Below are positions 30,010-39,548 of a DNA stretch of 64,000 nt, piece after piece; the stretch's first letter is position 1, and every line of letters begins with the position of its first letter. The notes beneath the pieces were generated by a model. The model was not told the DNA's origin and searched no databases. It worked only from the letters and a program-made list of their open reading frames with translations. The stretch is from assembly GCA_965202785.1 (NCBI GenBank), contig OZ241855.1:1-64000 (forward strand), given 5' to 3'. The DNA comes from Thermodesulfobacteriota bacterium (GTDB lineage: Bacteria > Desulfobacterota_D > UBA1144 > Nemesobacterales > Nemesobacteraceae). Made by a program: the position numbers and the translations under genes.

Positions 30010-30513
30010 TCAATCAGGGAAAAAACACATTGCGTTTTTCCACGGAAATAACAGGCAAAAAGCTATAAGATGAAGAGCCATAAATGCCCAAGGAACTCGA
30101 GTTTCTATGTCCGTAAACGGCAGATACAATTTCGGATTCTCTCCTCTTCCAATTGCTTCCCATTCCGCATCGTAAGGTGAAAGCGGCAACTCCTTCTCAA
30201 TCTCGTGAATCACCTTGAATTTGCCAGAGTTTAGATCCTTGTATGACCGTATAATCCGATACCAGAAGTAACAAATAAAAATAGCTGCCAAATTAACTGC
30301 AAGAACCCAGTTGCTGTTAACCCGCTCGATGTACCCTGCAATACCAAGAATAGACGTATTAACTATTAGAAAGAAAATATTGGCTGACTGCCTGCGGGCA
30401 CTGATATTGTCAGCCATCTCAACACATATCTTGTATATCTCAAGGCAATGATCCTGATATTTCTCGCCATATGAAGACTTATCTTGGACAATAAGTTTTT
30501 CTCGAATACCCAT
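30010..30513 (-). CDS. Small 3-TM membrane protein coupled to TIR gene
   Basis: YK..VEMADNISARRQSAN.FF helix, TM hairpin, SYKDLNSGKFKVIHEIEKELP, C-term TM; ATG 4 nt after TIR stop. Confidence 0.8.
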   Translation of the reverse strand: MGIREKLIVQDKSSYGEKYQDHCLEIYKICVEMADNISARRQSANIFFLIVNTSILGIAGYIERVNSNWVLAVNLAAIFICYFWYRIIRSYKDLNSGKFKVIHEIEKELPLSPYDAEWEAIGRGENPKLYLPFTDIETRVPWAFMALHLIAFCLLFPWKNAMCFFPD

Positions 30514-30517
30514 GTTT

Positions 30518-30928
30518 TTACCCAAGCTCGCGTATAGCGCCGACGATTGACTCCGTATTCCATCCCACGATTATGTCGGCAGCGTCTTGCACGACCGTTG
30601 AAATTCTCTCCGACCCCCGCGGCTGAATCGCAAGAATAGGTTTTGGACTTTGAAACCCCCTCTGCGCGATTCTGATCTCATTGTTGATCCACTTGCTGTA
30701 GGTAGCATAGACTCCAGCCAAAATCACTATGACATGCGCATATGACATCTGTCTTTTTATTGCTTCACGGAGTTCTCGATCAGTTCCACGCGTATGAACC
30801 GGATCATCCTTGGGAACCGAGTAGTTCCGATAACTAAAATAGGATCGGTTATCAAGGAGATTAACAAGACGTTGATAGGTATCACTGTATCCCCAAGAGT
30901 GACTGATAAAAAGATTGTAGGTCTTCAT
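30518..30928 (-). CDS. TIR-domain protein (MTH538/DUF1863, ThsB-like)
   Basis: LFISHSW, YSVPKDDP, SKWINNEI with putative catalytic Glu, KPILAI; SD GAGGAGG. Confidence 0.88.
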   Translation of the reverse strand: MKTYNLFISHSWGYSDTYQRLVNLLDNRSYFSYRNYSVPKDDPVHTRGTDRELREAIKRQMSYAHVIVILAGVYATYSKWINNEIRIAQRGFQSPKPILAIQPRGSERISTVVQDAADIIVGWNTESIVGAIRELG

Positions 30929-31292
30929 CGAATTAAATCCTCCTCATATTTTGTGCTTGAATCTCCACCTCACACTATATAATGTGCATCTTGAAGGAGA
31001 ATTTTCAAGAGGGAATTTTCGATTTCTCAATTGAGTTTCATGCAATGCATCTGTCAGGAGTTTCTAGAAGTAGTCTGAGATAATAGGATAGGATTCTAAG
31101 TTCTTACAGAAATTAAGCCTAAAACTTATCCGCCAATAACCCCGACCTCCTTCAATTATCTTTTCAACTTCCTTCTCCCAGATGTACTCGGCCGCATCAG
31201 AACATACCTGCATAGAGTCCCATACAGGACCCTAGGTACACTCCTTCCAAACTTTTTGGTTTGTTTTGCTCGCGTGTTATCTTTATCTTGAG

Positions 31293-31883
31293 ATGTCGGA
31301 ACAGAAAACACCACCCCATACAACAATAGGGTTTCAAATGCAGGAGACCAAGGATGAAGCCCTACACTTGGTGCTGCAGAAAATAAACAACGTAGATAAA
31401 TGGATTAATCGGTGGGAGATTAAAGAACTCCCTTCAATATTGTGGGAAAATGAACTCCCTGAGAAATTAATCTCAGGGCAATATAACAATGGATGGGGGA
31501 TATTGGTTGCAACTAATCGGCGACTAATTTTTATCGATAAAGGGATGTTATCTCTCAAGGTTGAGGACTTTTCCTATGATAAAATCACATCAATAGAGTC
31601 CAAAACCGGAATGGTGTTTGGTAGTCTGACTATTTACGCTTCTGGGAACAAAGAGAAGTTCGAATACGCCGACAAGGGATTACTCAGGGGATTCGCCGAC
31701 TTCCTGAGAGCCAAGATATCTACTAAAAACTCGCAATCCTCACCGGCTACCTCCGGCGCTGTTGAAAACCCATCATTAACAATATCCGTAGCAGACGAAC
31801 TAGAGAAACTTGCAGGATTGCGTGACAGAGGAATTATTACCGACGAAGAATTCTCCGCTCAGAAAGCTAAGCTATTAGCTTAA
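31293..31883 (+). CDS. Bacterial PH-domain + SHOCT protein
   Basis: GILVATNRRLIFIDKG...YDKITSIE; C-term ADELEKLAGLRDRGIITDEEFSAQKAKLL. Confidence 0.85.
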   Translation: MSEQKTPPHTTIGFQMQETKDEALHLVLQKINNVDKWINRWEIKELPSILWENELPEKLISGQYNNGWGILVATNRRLIFIDKGMLSLKVEDFSYDKITSIESKTGMVFGSLTIYASGNKEKFEYADKGLLRGFADFLRAKISTKNSQSSPATSGAVENPSLTISVADELEKLAGLRDRGIITDEEFSAQKAKLLA

Positions 31884-32038
31884 ATCTCTCCCTGTTAAAA
31901 ATGAGGGTGTAGAGAGTACGTTATATGCCCGGACTTCCTACATGCGTCTTGACAAATTTCAGTATGAGCGGTAAGTTCTGAAAAATATCCGAAATAGATC
32001 GTTAATATCAATAAAAAACCTCAAGGAGATAATAAATT

Positions 32039-32311
32039 ATGGCTGATAGAGCTGTAACACAAACCGGTAAAGATGCAGACGGAGATATAACTAAGCTATG
32101 CAATCCAGGGGAATTCTGGTCGCCCAGATCAAAACAAGATGCTATTGACGACATAGAATCGGGAAACCACACCTATTATGTGCCTTGGATTAGTGGTCGC
32201 AGACAATTTAGAACGGAGATTAGAGTGGTAAACGGACCAAACGGCAAGTATCTGCGCACGAATCACGATGGAACATCCAAAAACAACCTAGACGACTTAC
32301 CTAACTGTTAG
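32039..32311 (+). CDS. DUF3892-family small protein
   Basis: SD AAGGAG; DAIDDIESG..YYV, KYLRT..DGT.KNNLDDLP. Confidence 0.8.
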   Translation: MADRAVTQTGKDADGDITKLCNPGEFWSPRSKQDAIDDIESGNHTYYVPWISGRRQFRTEIRVVNGPNGKYLRTNHDGTSKNNLDDLPNC

Positions 32312-32346
32312 TCTCCTAAACGCCGACTCGCTGTAGGCAATATTAT

Positions 32347-32406
32347 TTAAGTTTGGAATTATTATGGCTAAGGAAAGTTCGTGATCTTAAACAATTCCAA
32401 ACTTAA
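32347..32406. repeat. Perfect 14-bp inverted repeat with 32-nt spacer at the island A/dnaK junction
   Basis: TTAAGTTTGGAATT (32347-32360) ... AATTCCAAACTTAA (32393-32406). Confidence 0.8.
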
Positions 32407-32432
32407 TAAACGGGTTCCCCAATCCCCCACAA

Positions 32433-34352
32433 TTATTTCTGTTCAGTAAACTCGGCGTCTATCACGTCATCGCCCGAGGTGGAATTTCCCTGCTCTGGCT
32501 CTGGACTTTCCTCTCCACCCTCCCCGGCACCCGCGGCGGCTTCTTCCTGCTGTTTCTTGTACATCAGTTCCGCAAGCTTGTGGGAAACGGCGGTTATTTT
32601 CTCCGTCGCCTGATCAATTTTGCCCGAATCATCCGACTTAAGGGCTTCCCTTCCCTCTTCAAGGGCCTGCTCAAGCTCTTTCTTCTCATCATCGGAGAGA
32701 CCATCGCCAAGCTCCTGGAAACTCTTGTCGGTTCTGTAGACAAGCTCGTCAAGCTGGTTTCTCTTCTGAACCTGCTCGCTTTTCTCCTTGTCTTTCTCAG
32801 ACATCTTCTCGGCTTCATCTACCATGGAGTCGATCTCGTCGCTGCTTAACCCGCTTGAAGCTTCAACCTTGACCTTTTGTTCCTTCTGAGTCGCGTTATC
32901 CTTCGCGGAAACATGGAGTATTCCGTCGGCGTCAGTGTCGAAAGTGACCTCTATCTGCGGGATTCCCCTTGCCGCCGCGGGAATTCCCGACAGGATGAAC
33001 CTGGCAAGCGTCCTGTTATCAGCCGCCATCTGCCGTTCTCCCTGCAGCACGTGGATCTCAACCGAGTTCTGGTTGTCCTCGGCCGTTGTGAAAACCTGGC
33101 TTTTCTTGGTGGGAATGGTCGTGTTTCTCTCGATTATGGTGGTCATTACCCCTCCAAGGGTTTCTATGCCCAGTGAGAGCGGTATCACGTCGAGGAGGAG
33201 CACGTCGGTTACGTCTCCGCCGAGCACGCCCGCCTGTATGGCGGCCCCCATGGCGACCACCTCGTCTGGGTTTATTCCCCTGCTCGGCTCCTTTGCGAAA
33301 AAGTCAGTCACGACTTTCTGCACAAGCGGAATCCTGGTCGATCCGCCGACCAGTATCACCTCGGCTATCTCGCCCGGGCGAAGCCCCGCATCCCTGAGAG
33401 CCTGCTCGCAGGGCTTGAGGGTGCCTTTTACGAGATCCTCTATCAGCTGCTCGAACTTGGAGCGCGTTATCTTAAGCACCAGATGCTTGGGACCGCTCGC
33501 GTCGGCCGTTATAAACGGCAGGTTTATTTCCGTCTCGACGGTGTTTGAAAGCTCGATCTTGGCCTTCTCTGCGGCTTCCCTAAGCCTCTGAACAGCCATC
33601 TTGTCCGCCCCGAGGTCTATTCCGGAATCCTTTTTAAACTCGGAGACGATGTAGTCAATGACCCTCTTGTCAAAATCGTCTCCGCCGAGGTGGGTATCAC
33701 CGTTTGTGGACTTAACCTCTATGACGTTGTTTCCGACCTCAAGCACAGATACGTCAAAAGTTCCGCCCCCAAGGTCATAGACCACTATCATGCCCTCTTT
33801 TTTCTTGTCAAACCCGTAGGCAAGCGCCGCCGCGGTCGGCTCGTTTATTATGCGCTTTACGTCAAGGCCGGCTATCTTTCCGGCATCTTTTGTGGCCTGG
33901 CGCTGGCTGTCGTTAAAATACGCGGGAACGGTGATAACGGCTTCTTGGACTTCTGAACCCAGGTAATCTTCGGCTGCCTTCTTAAGCTTCGTCAGCACGT
34001 GCGCTGAGACCTGCGGGGGAGAGTACTCTTTTCCCTCGACCTCGACCCAGGCGTCCGCTTTGCCTGATTTCACTACCTTGTAGGCAAGGCTGTCAGCTTC
34101 GCTCGATATCTCCTCGAACCTGCGGCCCATAAGCCTTTTGGTAGAGTAGACGGTGTTTTCGGGATTGGCGACGGCCTGGCGCTTTGCGGGCCCGCCGACC
34201 AGAACCTCGTCTCCGTCCTTTAGAAAAGCGACCACCGACGGGGTGGTTCTCGTGCCTTCCTCGTTGATTATCACTTTCGGTTCGCCACCCTCAACGATGG
34301 CGACGCATGAATTGGTTGTTCCAAGGTCTATTCCTATTATCTTAGAAGCCAT
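32433..34352 (-). CDS. dnaK: Chaperone DnaK (Hsp70)
   Basis: [32 protein letters not shown]. Confidence 0.99.
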   Translation of the reverse strand: MASKIIGIDLGTTNSCVAIVEGGEPKVIINEEGTRTTPSVVAFLKDGDEVLVGGPAKRQAVANPENTVYSTKRLMGRRFEEISSEADSLAYKVVKSGKADAWVEVEGKEYSPPQVSAHVLTKLKKAAEDYLGSEVQEAVITVPAYFNDSQRQATKDAGKIAGLDVKRIINEPTAAALAYGFDKKKEGMIVVYDLGGGTFDVSVLEVGNNVIEVKSTNGDTHLGGDDFDKRVIDYIVSEFKKDSGIDLGADKMAVQRLREAAEKAKIELSNTVETEINLPFITADASGPKHLVLKITRSKFEQLIEDLVKGTLKPCEQALRDAGLRPGEIAEVILVGGSTRIPLVQKVVTDFFAKEPSRGINPDEVVAMGAAIQAGVLGGDVTDVLLLDVIPLSLGIETLGGVMTTIIERNTTIPTKKSQVFTTAEDNQNSVEIHVLQGERQMAADNRTLARFILSGIPAAARGIPQIEVTFDTDADGILHVSAKDNATQKEQKVKVEASSGLSSDEIDSMVDEAEKMSEKDKEKSEQVQKRNQLDELVYRTDKSFQELGDGLSDDEKKELEQALEEGREALKSDDSGKIDQATEKITAVSHKLAELMYKKQQEEAAAGAGEGGEESPEPEQGNSTSGDDVIDAEFTEQK

Positions 34353-34378
34353 TTAATTCCTCCTGGGTTTTCTTCTTG

Positions 34379-35239
34379 TTACGGATGGATTTCTAGTTTT
34401 TCGACCATATGTACCCTGAGTTTCCCTATGGACTCGGCCTGTATCTGCCTTACCCTCTCCTGGGAGACCCCGAGATCACGGGCTATTTCGTGGAGTTTTC
34501 TTGGAGGTTCAGTGAAATACCTCTCGTTTATCACTTTTCTCTGCCTCTCCGAAAGCGTCTTGAGAGCTTCGCTCAGATTCTCCCTAGCAAGGCTGTCAAA
34601 TCCGAGTTCACCGAGCACTTGCTCCTGGTTATCCGACGGGTCAGGGAGCAACTCTCCGTAAGTGGCCAAGGAGTCATCCCCCGCGGGACGCTCAGAAAGG
34701 GAGAGATCCCTTTTGGAAGCGCGAACCTGCATCTCGGAAATTTCCTCTTCCTTGACGCCGAAATGGTCGGCAAGACGGCTTATGTCGTCATCTTCCATGC
34801 AGGCGGCGGTTATCCCGAGTTTTCGCTTTGCCCCTTCTATTCTCTGGAAAAGCTTTCTCTGGGACTGCGTGGTTCCGATCTTCACGTTGCTCCAGAACTT
34901 CATTATGTGGTTCTGAATCCTTACCCTGATCCACCACACCGCGTAGGATATGAGCCTGTAGCCCTTGTAGGGATTGAATTTCTGAACGGCGCGCATGAGC
35001 CCTATCGAACCTTCCTGGACAAGGTCCATCATCGGAAAACCGTAAGATCTGTATTCAGAAGCGATTCTCACCACGAACCTTAGGTTTGACACCACGAGCT
35101 TGTTGGCCGCCTCAAGATCTTCGTTTTCGTAATATCTGACCGCAAGCGCGTGCTCTTCCTCTTTTGAGAGAAGCGGATGTTTTTCCATCTCTCGCATGAA
35201 AACTGAAAGAGAATCGCACGTTGCGACTGCCGTTTGCAT
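34379..35239 (-). CDS. rpoH: RNA polymerase sigma-32-like factor
   Basis: SNLRFVV, DLVQEG, YAVWWI, RpoH-box-like VKIGTTQSQRKLF, VSQERVRQI; directly upstream of dnaK. Confidence 0.88.
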   Translation of the reverse strand: MQTAVATCDSLSVFMREMEKHPLLSKEEEHALAVRYYENEDLEAANKLVVSNLRFVVRIASEYRSYGFPMMDLVQEGSIGLMRAVQKFNPYKGYRLISYAVWWIRVRIQNHIMKFWSNVKIGTTQSQRKLFQRIEGAKRKLGITAACMEDDDISRLADHFGVKEEEISEMQVRASKRDLSLSERPAGDDSLATYGELLPDPSDNQEQVLGELGFDSLARENLSEALKTLSERQRKVINERYFTEPPRKLHEIARDLGVSQERVRQIQAESIGKLRVHMVEKLEIHP

Positions 35240-35261
35240 CTAACATGTACCTCCAATTCTC

Positions 35262-35289
35262 AAGCTAATCATCAGAAGGGTTATGTCAA
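35262..35289 (-). promoter_or_regulatory. Putative sigma70 promoter of rpoH-dnaK
   Basis: Minus strand TTGACA-N16-TAGCTT upstream of SD GGAGG. Confidence 0.5.
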
Positions 35290-35423
35290 GGTTTCAGAGT
35301 AAAATAAAGGGATAGAAGATGAAGGTAGAAAACAGATTAGATTATTATCGTAGTTTCCTAAAATAAATTAGTTTCTTTCGCTATCCTAGACCTAGTGCCT
35401 GCAGAGCGTCAGTCTTAAAAAGC

Positions 35424-35446
35424 CGGAATTATCCAGTTAACTAGAC
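35424..35446 (+). repeat. Terminal-repeat-like motif copy 2 (CGGAATTATCCAGTTAACTAGAC)
   Basis: 19/23 identical to copy at 23269. Confidence 0.65.
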
Positions 35447-35516
35447 AACCTTTCTTTCACTACCTTAAGGGTTTACCTCTTGTGACAACATTCTATAATA
35501 TACAGAAGGGGGAATA

Positions 35517-35957
35517 ATGCGAACAGAAAAAGAACAAAGAGAGTGGCTTTATGAGATACATATTAAAGAGAATCACGAAAGGTACAGATACAATATCCAA
35601 AGCTACGATAAATCAATACTGACTTTATCATCTACCAGCTTAGGGTTTTCTCTTCTAGCTATTAAATATATCGTCCCACTAGAGTATGCGTCTTACAAAT
35701 TCCTTTTAGTCATCGGTTGGGTGTTGTTAGTATTTAGTATTTTTTGCTCATTGTTTGCTTATATGGTTGCTAACAAGTCTCTTGAGGAGGCCGGAAGAAA
35801 CATAACGGATGGATATTTGCACAATGTGCGAGGAGCGCTTACTAGAAAAGTTTCATACGTTAGATATAACGACCTACTTAACTACGCAACAGGTGCATCT
35901 TTTTTTGTGGCGGTAGTAGTTATTCTATTGTTTGTAATTCTAAATCTTCCGACCTAA
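35517..35957 (+). CDS. Hypothetical 3-TM membrane protein
   Basis: QSYDKSILTLSSTSLGFSL then TM hairpin and C-term TM; TATAAT and purine-rich SD upstream. Confidence 0.7.
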   Translation: MRTEKEQREWLYEIHIKENHERYRYNIQSYDKSILTLSSTSLGFSLLAIKYIVPLEYASYKFLLVIGWVLLVFSIFCSLFAYMVANKSLEEAGRNITDGYLHNVRGALTRKVSYVRYNDLLNYATGASFFVAVVVILLFVILNLPT

Positions 35958-36115
35958 TCGGAACTGTCACCTGTATCGCTTGGTGCCTCTGGTGTTGGTT
36001 CTGGCGTCGGTTCACTATCTACGGTTGGTGTTTGTTGTGGCTTCATTGAACGGTTTATATCAGGTCCGGGGGTATCCACTTTTGGTTGTGGGGACTGGGA
36101 TTTGTCTTTACTCAT
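35954..36115 (-). CDS. Small Pro/Thr-rich disordered peptide (53 aa)
   Basis: SD AGGAGG; MSKDKSQSPQPKVDTPGP...EPTPEPTPEAP; stop overlaps stop of convergent gene. Confidence 0.5.
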   Translation of the reverse strand: MSKDKSQSPQPKVDTPGPDINRSMKPQQTPTVDSEPTPEPTPEAPSDTGDSSD

Positions 36116-36222
36116 TGTAGTTGTAGTTCCTCCTTCTTTTTCAACTAAAACTTTCTTATCGATTCTCTTGAACTCTAGAGTATAGAGTAATATACAATAC
36201 GAAAGAATCAACGATGAGAAAA

Positions 36223-36245
36223 GGGCATAATATACTTAACTAAGA
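36223..36245 (+). repeat. Terminal-repeat-like motif copy 3 (GGGCATAATATACTTAACTAAGA)
   Basis: Shares GGG..T.ATATA..TAACTA core with other copies. Confidence 0.5.
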
Positions 36246-36270
36246 TGAACACTAGATATAGAACGAGGGT

Positions 36271-36669
36271 ATGGACTTTGCCAGAGCTTCCTTTATCATC
36301 ATCGCCGAGTATTTTTGGATCGGAGTCGGAGAAGAAATGTTCCCAGATTGGCCTCTAGAAATTCGGACTGCAGGAGCAATCATTTCCAGCATTATAGCTA
36401 TATATCTCTGGCGCCAAGAGTTGCTGGAAATCTTTCAATCTCTTTATCCGCAAAAACCTAAGAAGAAATCACTCCGTTTAGGTCTCGCGAGGATAGCCGC
36501 TCTTGCAAACAGAATTGAGCGAAACCAAGCCACCATGGAAGAGGAGGAGAAATATCACGCATACCTCACCAGTCCTTTTTATCAGGCATGGTTCCAAGAG
36601 TACGACCCCGGAAATTACAAGGAAATTGCGCAGAGAGCTCGCTTTGCGGGGGCAACGTTTCTTTTTTAA
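36271..36669 (+). CDS. Hypothetical membrane protein
   Basis: SD GAGG; hydrophobic N-terminal segments; 132 aa. Confidence 0.55.
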   Translation: MDFARASFIIIAEYFWIGVGEEMFPDWPLEIRTAGAIISSIIAIYLWRQELLEIFQSLYPQKPKKKSLRLGLARIAALANRIERNQATMEEEEKYHAYLTSPFYQAWFQEYDPGNYKEIAQRARFAGATFLF

Positions 36670-36875
36670 TCGTGCTTCTTGCCCAAGGCTATAAGCCAAG
36701 CGAGCGAGAAAACGCCGAAGAAAAAACCTAGTATCGCCCATTTCCAGTTGCTTCGCTTGAACCGATTGGCAATGACAACATGCAATCCTACAAAGAATAT
36801 GTTCCAAAGAATCCACCAGAAAAATATACCGCCTGCATACACAGCCAATAACGCATCAACTTCTGAATCGCTCAT
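36666..36875 (-). CDS. Small 2-TM membrane protein
   Basis: SD AGGAG; IANRFKRSNWKWAILGFFFGVFSLAWLIAL. Confidence 0.65.
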   Translation of the reverse strand: MSDSEVDALLAVYAGGIFFWWILWNIFFVGLHVVIANRFKRSNWKWAILGFFFGVFSLAWLIALGKKHD

Positions 36876-36929
36876 ATCTCTTTCTCCTGTAAGGGGGTCT
36901 AAGTGACGCCGGGAACATCGGGCACGTGG

Positions 36930-37039
36930 GTGCCAGGTCCTGTTGACTCCAACGAGATGTTGAGGTTTCGTTTGTTTCCCGGATGGGTGTTTTATTCCGC
37001 GAAAAACCCAACGGAGCAGGCTCTCATTAGAACCAACAC
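36930..37039 (-). ncRNA. Candidate structured leader RNA with hammerhead-like topology
   Basis: CTAATGA-GAG(CCTG)CTC ... CGAAAC-stem-GTC, closed by GTGTTG/TGGCAC; begins just after TGTGCTATAAT. Confidence 0.35.
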
Positions 37040-37044
37040 GTCCG

Positions 37045-37055
37045 ATTATAGCACA
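37045..37055 (-). promoter_or_regulatory. Extended -10 promoter
   Basis: Minus strand TGTGCTATAAT (TRTGn-TATAAT consensus). Confidence 0.65.
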
Positions 37056-37135
37056 CCTTCGCTTTAATGACTATAATCTAAAGCAATCTTTTTTTGGAAA
37101 AGCGTTCTTTCATGTGTTTTCTCCTGTTTTTGCTA

Positions 37136-37182
37136 GTGCTTTATATACATAACTAGGCATCGTTGAATTCATCCACACATTT
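37136..37182 (+). repeat. Motif copy 4 plus remnant of the GIY-YIG cassette end (direct repeat of 43970-44016)
   Basis: ttatatacataactaggcatcgttgaattcatccacacattt vs ttatacacataactaaacaccattgagttcatccacacgttt, 35/42 identical. Confidence 0.8.
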
Positions 37183-37302
37183 AAATGTTCGTCCGCTCAT
37201 ATGAGAATATTCCTTTGACTAATCATGTGCCAAGCTTTTTTATGTCCTGGCAAGAAGAAACAAGTAAACTTAGGTCATTCCGTATATTGCATATTCCTAC
37301 TG

Positions 37303-37355
37303 AAAAGGGACACCTGTTCCGAGGATAAAGGGACAGGTGTCCCTTTATCTTGGAA
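37303..37355. repeat. REP-like palindrome doublet
   Basis: AAAGGGACACCTGT ... ACAGGTGTCCCTTT perfect IR; internal palindrome GATAAAGGGACA-GG-TGTCCCTTTATC. Confidence 0.7.
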
Positions 37356-37610
37356 TAAGCAATTTTGCTCCTTCCAGAGGCATTTGAAAGGTCGGAGTCC
37401 CTTCATCCTCTAAAAAACAAAAGATGATTGCATTATCAAATCATTTTCAAACTATAGCTATGTTCGATGCGTTTGATCTTGAAAGGACTTGTTAGTACTA
37501 TCTTTATTATGAGGATGATCTTAAAACTTGTTGTGTGTTACACTTATGGGGCCTGAATCCTTGTTCAAACACAAGAAAGTAGTGGTACTACAATATACAA
37601 GGAGCAAAAG

Positions 37611-38006
37611 ATGAATAGGATTTGCATTGCCTTAGCTTTTTGTTTGATGGTTTGTGTTTTGCCAGCAAAAGCGAACAGCATCAGTTTTGAATTTGTAGAT
37701 AGCAAGTTTGGAAGTGATAGCAGTTGGACCAACCTGCGGAAGAAGGAAGAGTGGAAGAAGTATAAGGGAAAATGTGTTGAATGGACAGGGAAATTGGTAT
37801 ATCTGGATGAGGCGTGGGGGAAAATTTCTCTCGGATTTAAACACAAAGATCTCACGTGGACCTATGATGTTTTGGTCTCTGCACCAAAGTCTTACAAGCA
37901 ACATGCTCTAACTATGGAACAGGGCTCTTTCTATAATTACAAAATGAGGCTTGATGGATATGCTGGTGCTATTTTGCCAATTACAGGTGACTTGGGATGT
38001 GACTAA
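37611..38006 (+). CDS. Small exported protein, possible OB-fold
   Basis: SD AAGGAG; signal peptide ending AKA; YKGKCVEWTGKL beta-rich pattern. Confidence 0.65.
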   Translation: MNRICIALAFCLMVCVLPAKANSISFEFVDSKFGSDSSWTNLRKKEEWKKYKGKCVEWTGKLVYLDEAWGKISLGFKHKDLTWTYDVLVSAPKSYKQHALTMEQGSFYNYKMRLDGYAGAILPITGDLGCD

Positions 38007-38055
38007 CCTGAATCGTACTCGAGGAAAAAGCAAGGACACATAACCCATAAAAATT

Positions 38056-39480
38056 ATGCATGCCTCCCAATATTTCAAAATTACCAGAGGACCGGATGAC
38101 GATTGGTTTGATCCAATCCTCAATGCCGATACCAAGCTTTTTGTTGACCCATTTCTGATTTTTAAGGAAAAGACTGGCGCATGGACCGATGCCCATGACA
38201 TTATCATAAAGCACTTTGACCAAGCATTTATGTTGATAGCCAAAGGAAACCTGAAGAGGCAAAGTCTTGCCTATAGAAAAGCCTTGGATCTACTTGTGTT
38301 TCGCGAACCTAAGGAATTGTGCTTGGGTTATACAGGATCAGGCACGGCCGGAGCAGGCAGCGGTCGCGGCTTCGCACAAAAAATCGGGAGAGCAATTGAA
38401 AATGCCATTAACAGGGGAGTGATGCACCTACGGCACTTTGAAGAGCTCGGGATCTTCGAACTTGGGATTGGGGCGGACCGAATTTCTGATATTGCCTGTA
38501 CTATCCTTAAGAGACGGTTAATAGAATATACTCAGGACATTGCAAAACGCCATGGTGTTCCGCTGGATGAACACAGGATTTTTGCATCTGGTTTTGACCA
38601 GTGTAGGTTGCGCTGGATTACAGAAACTGTAAAGTTGCCAACAAATCCTACTAATGCCGATCCCCTATTACTTGTTCCCGGAAGATTTCTGAGAAAGCTG
38701 CCTGTATTGAATTCAGACGATTGGTGGGAAGACTGGGAAAACGAACGGCTCAGGACCGACCTTAACTATGAAGTCATGAGAAACGTCAACAAGAGCAAAA
38801 TTGTTGCCACTGCAAAAGCCTACCCCGAAGCTGTCCAAGAATGGATTGAACAGAAAGAACAGAAATCCGCCGAGCCCTACGATTTCGATGCTGATTCAGA
38901 GGGTGTGTCTAAGTGGGTTAGCTCTACAGAGGAATTTGCGAATCAACATCCGATTCATTTCAAAAAGATCAGTTCGGAAGAACAATTCCTGGATGTAATT
39001 AGAAAAATAATTGAACAGTTCAAGCTATTCGTTGAGGAGAAAGGCGGATGGTCTTTGCTCTGGGATAGTCAAAGTGATAAGGAAAAACCAGAGAATGCTG
39101 CTCAACTACTTTTTAGAGGAATTGGAGAACACTATTGTCGCGCTAACAATATTTCAATGGACCGAGAAGTTAATTTTGGTAGAGGTCCCGTAGACTTTAA
39201 ATTCTCAAGCGGTTATAAATTTCGCGCGCACCTCGAAGTCAAAAAATTGCATAGTGGTCGATTCTGGAATGGTCTTGAGGACCAACTTCCCTCCTATATG
39301 AACAGCGATGAAGTAAATGTTGGGTGGTTTCTCGCGATAAGATATCGGGAAGGCGAAAAGTGGGATAAAAGACAGCGGGAACTATCAAGCAGAGTGGCTG
39401 CCGTACGCAAGCAAAAAGGGTTAGCTGTCAACTTCGATGTAGTTGATGCATGCCGACCGGTTTCTGCTTCGAACTTGTAG
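38056..39480 (+). CDS. Uncharacterised defence-island protein with C-terminal PD-(D/E)XK nuclease-like domain
   Basis: KPE..AQLLF, REVNFGRGPVDFKFS..HLEVKK; N-term DTKLFVDPFLI, GIGADRISDI. Confidence 0.65.
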   Translation: MHASQYFKITRGPDDDWFDPILNADTKLFVDPFLIFKEKTGAWTDAHDIIIKHFDQAFMLIAKGNLKRQSLAYRKALDLLVFREPKELCLGYTGSGTAGAGSGRGFAQKIGRAIENAINRGVMHLRHFEELGIFELGIGADRISDIACTILKRRLIEYTQDIAKRHGVPLDEHRIFASGFDQCRLRWITETVKLPTNPTNADPLLLVPGRFLRKLPVLNSDDWWEDWENERLRTDLNYEVMRNVNKSKIVATAKAYPEAVQEWIEQKEQKSAEPYDFDADSEGVSKWVSSTEEFANQHPIHFKKISSEEQFLDVIRKIIEQFKLFVEEKGGWSLLWDSQSDKEKPENAAQLLFRGIGEHYCRANNISMDREVNFGRGPVDFKFSSGYKFRAHLEVKKLHSGRFWNGLEDQLPSYMNSDEVNVGWFLAIRYREGEKWDKRQRELSSRVAAVRKQKGLAVNFDVVDACRPVSASNL

Positions 39481-39548
39481 ATTTTTTCAATATTATACGT
39501 GGAGACTATATATGTCGAGCATCAGTAGCCCTACTGACACAGGATTAA

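Larger units (their letters stand above)
19305..32432. mobile_element. Accessory/defence island A between aceE and dnaK (no integrase seen)
   Basis: AT-rich shift, mixed gene orientation, defence-type domains, pseudogenes, internal aceE 5' duplicate. Confidence 0.75.

Noticed and set aside
32433-35300. CIRCE/HrcA operator at rpoH-dnaK
   Set aside because: No TTAGCACTC-N9-GAGTGCTAA found
36917-37044. 6S RNA (GAGAGCC...GGCACCCAC resemblance)
   Set aside because: Too short, lacks the closing stem and central bubble, and sits in an accessory island; kept only as an alternative to test
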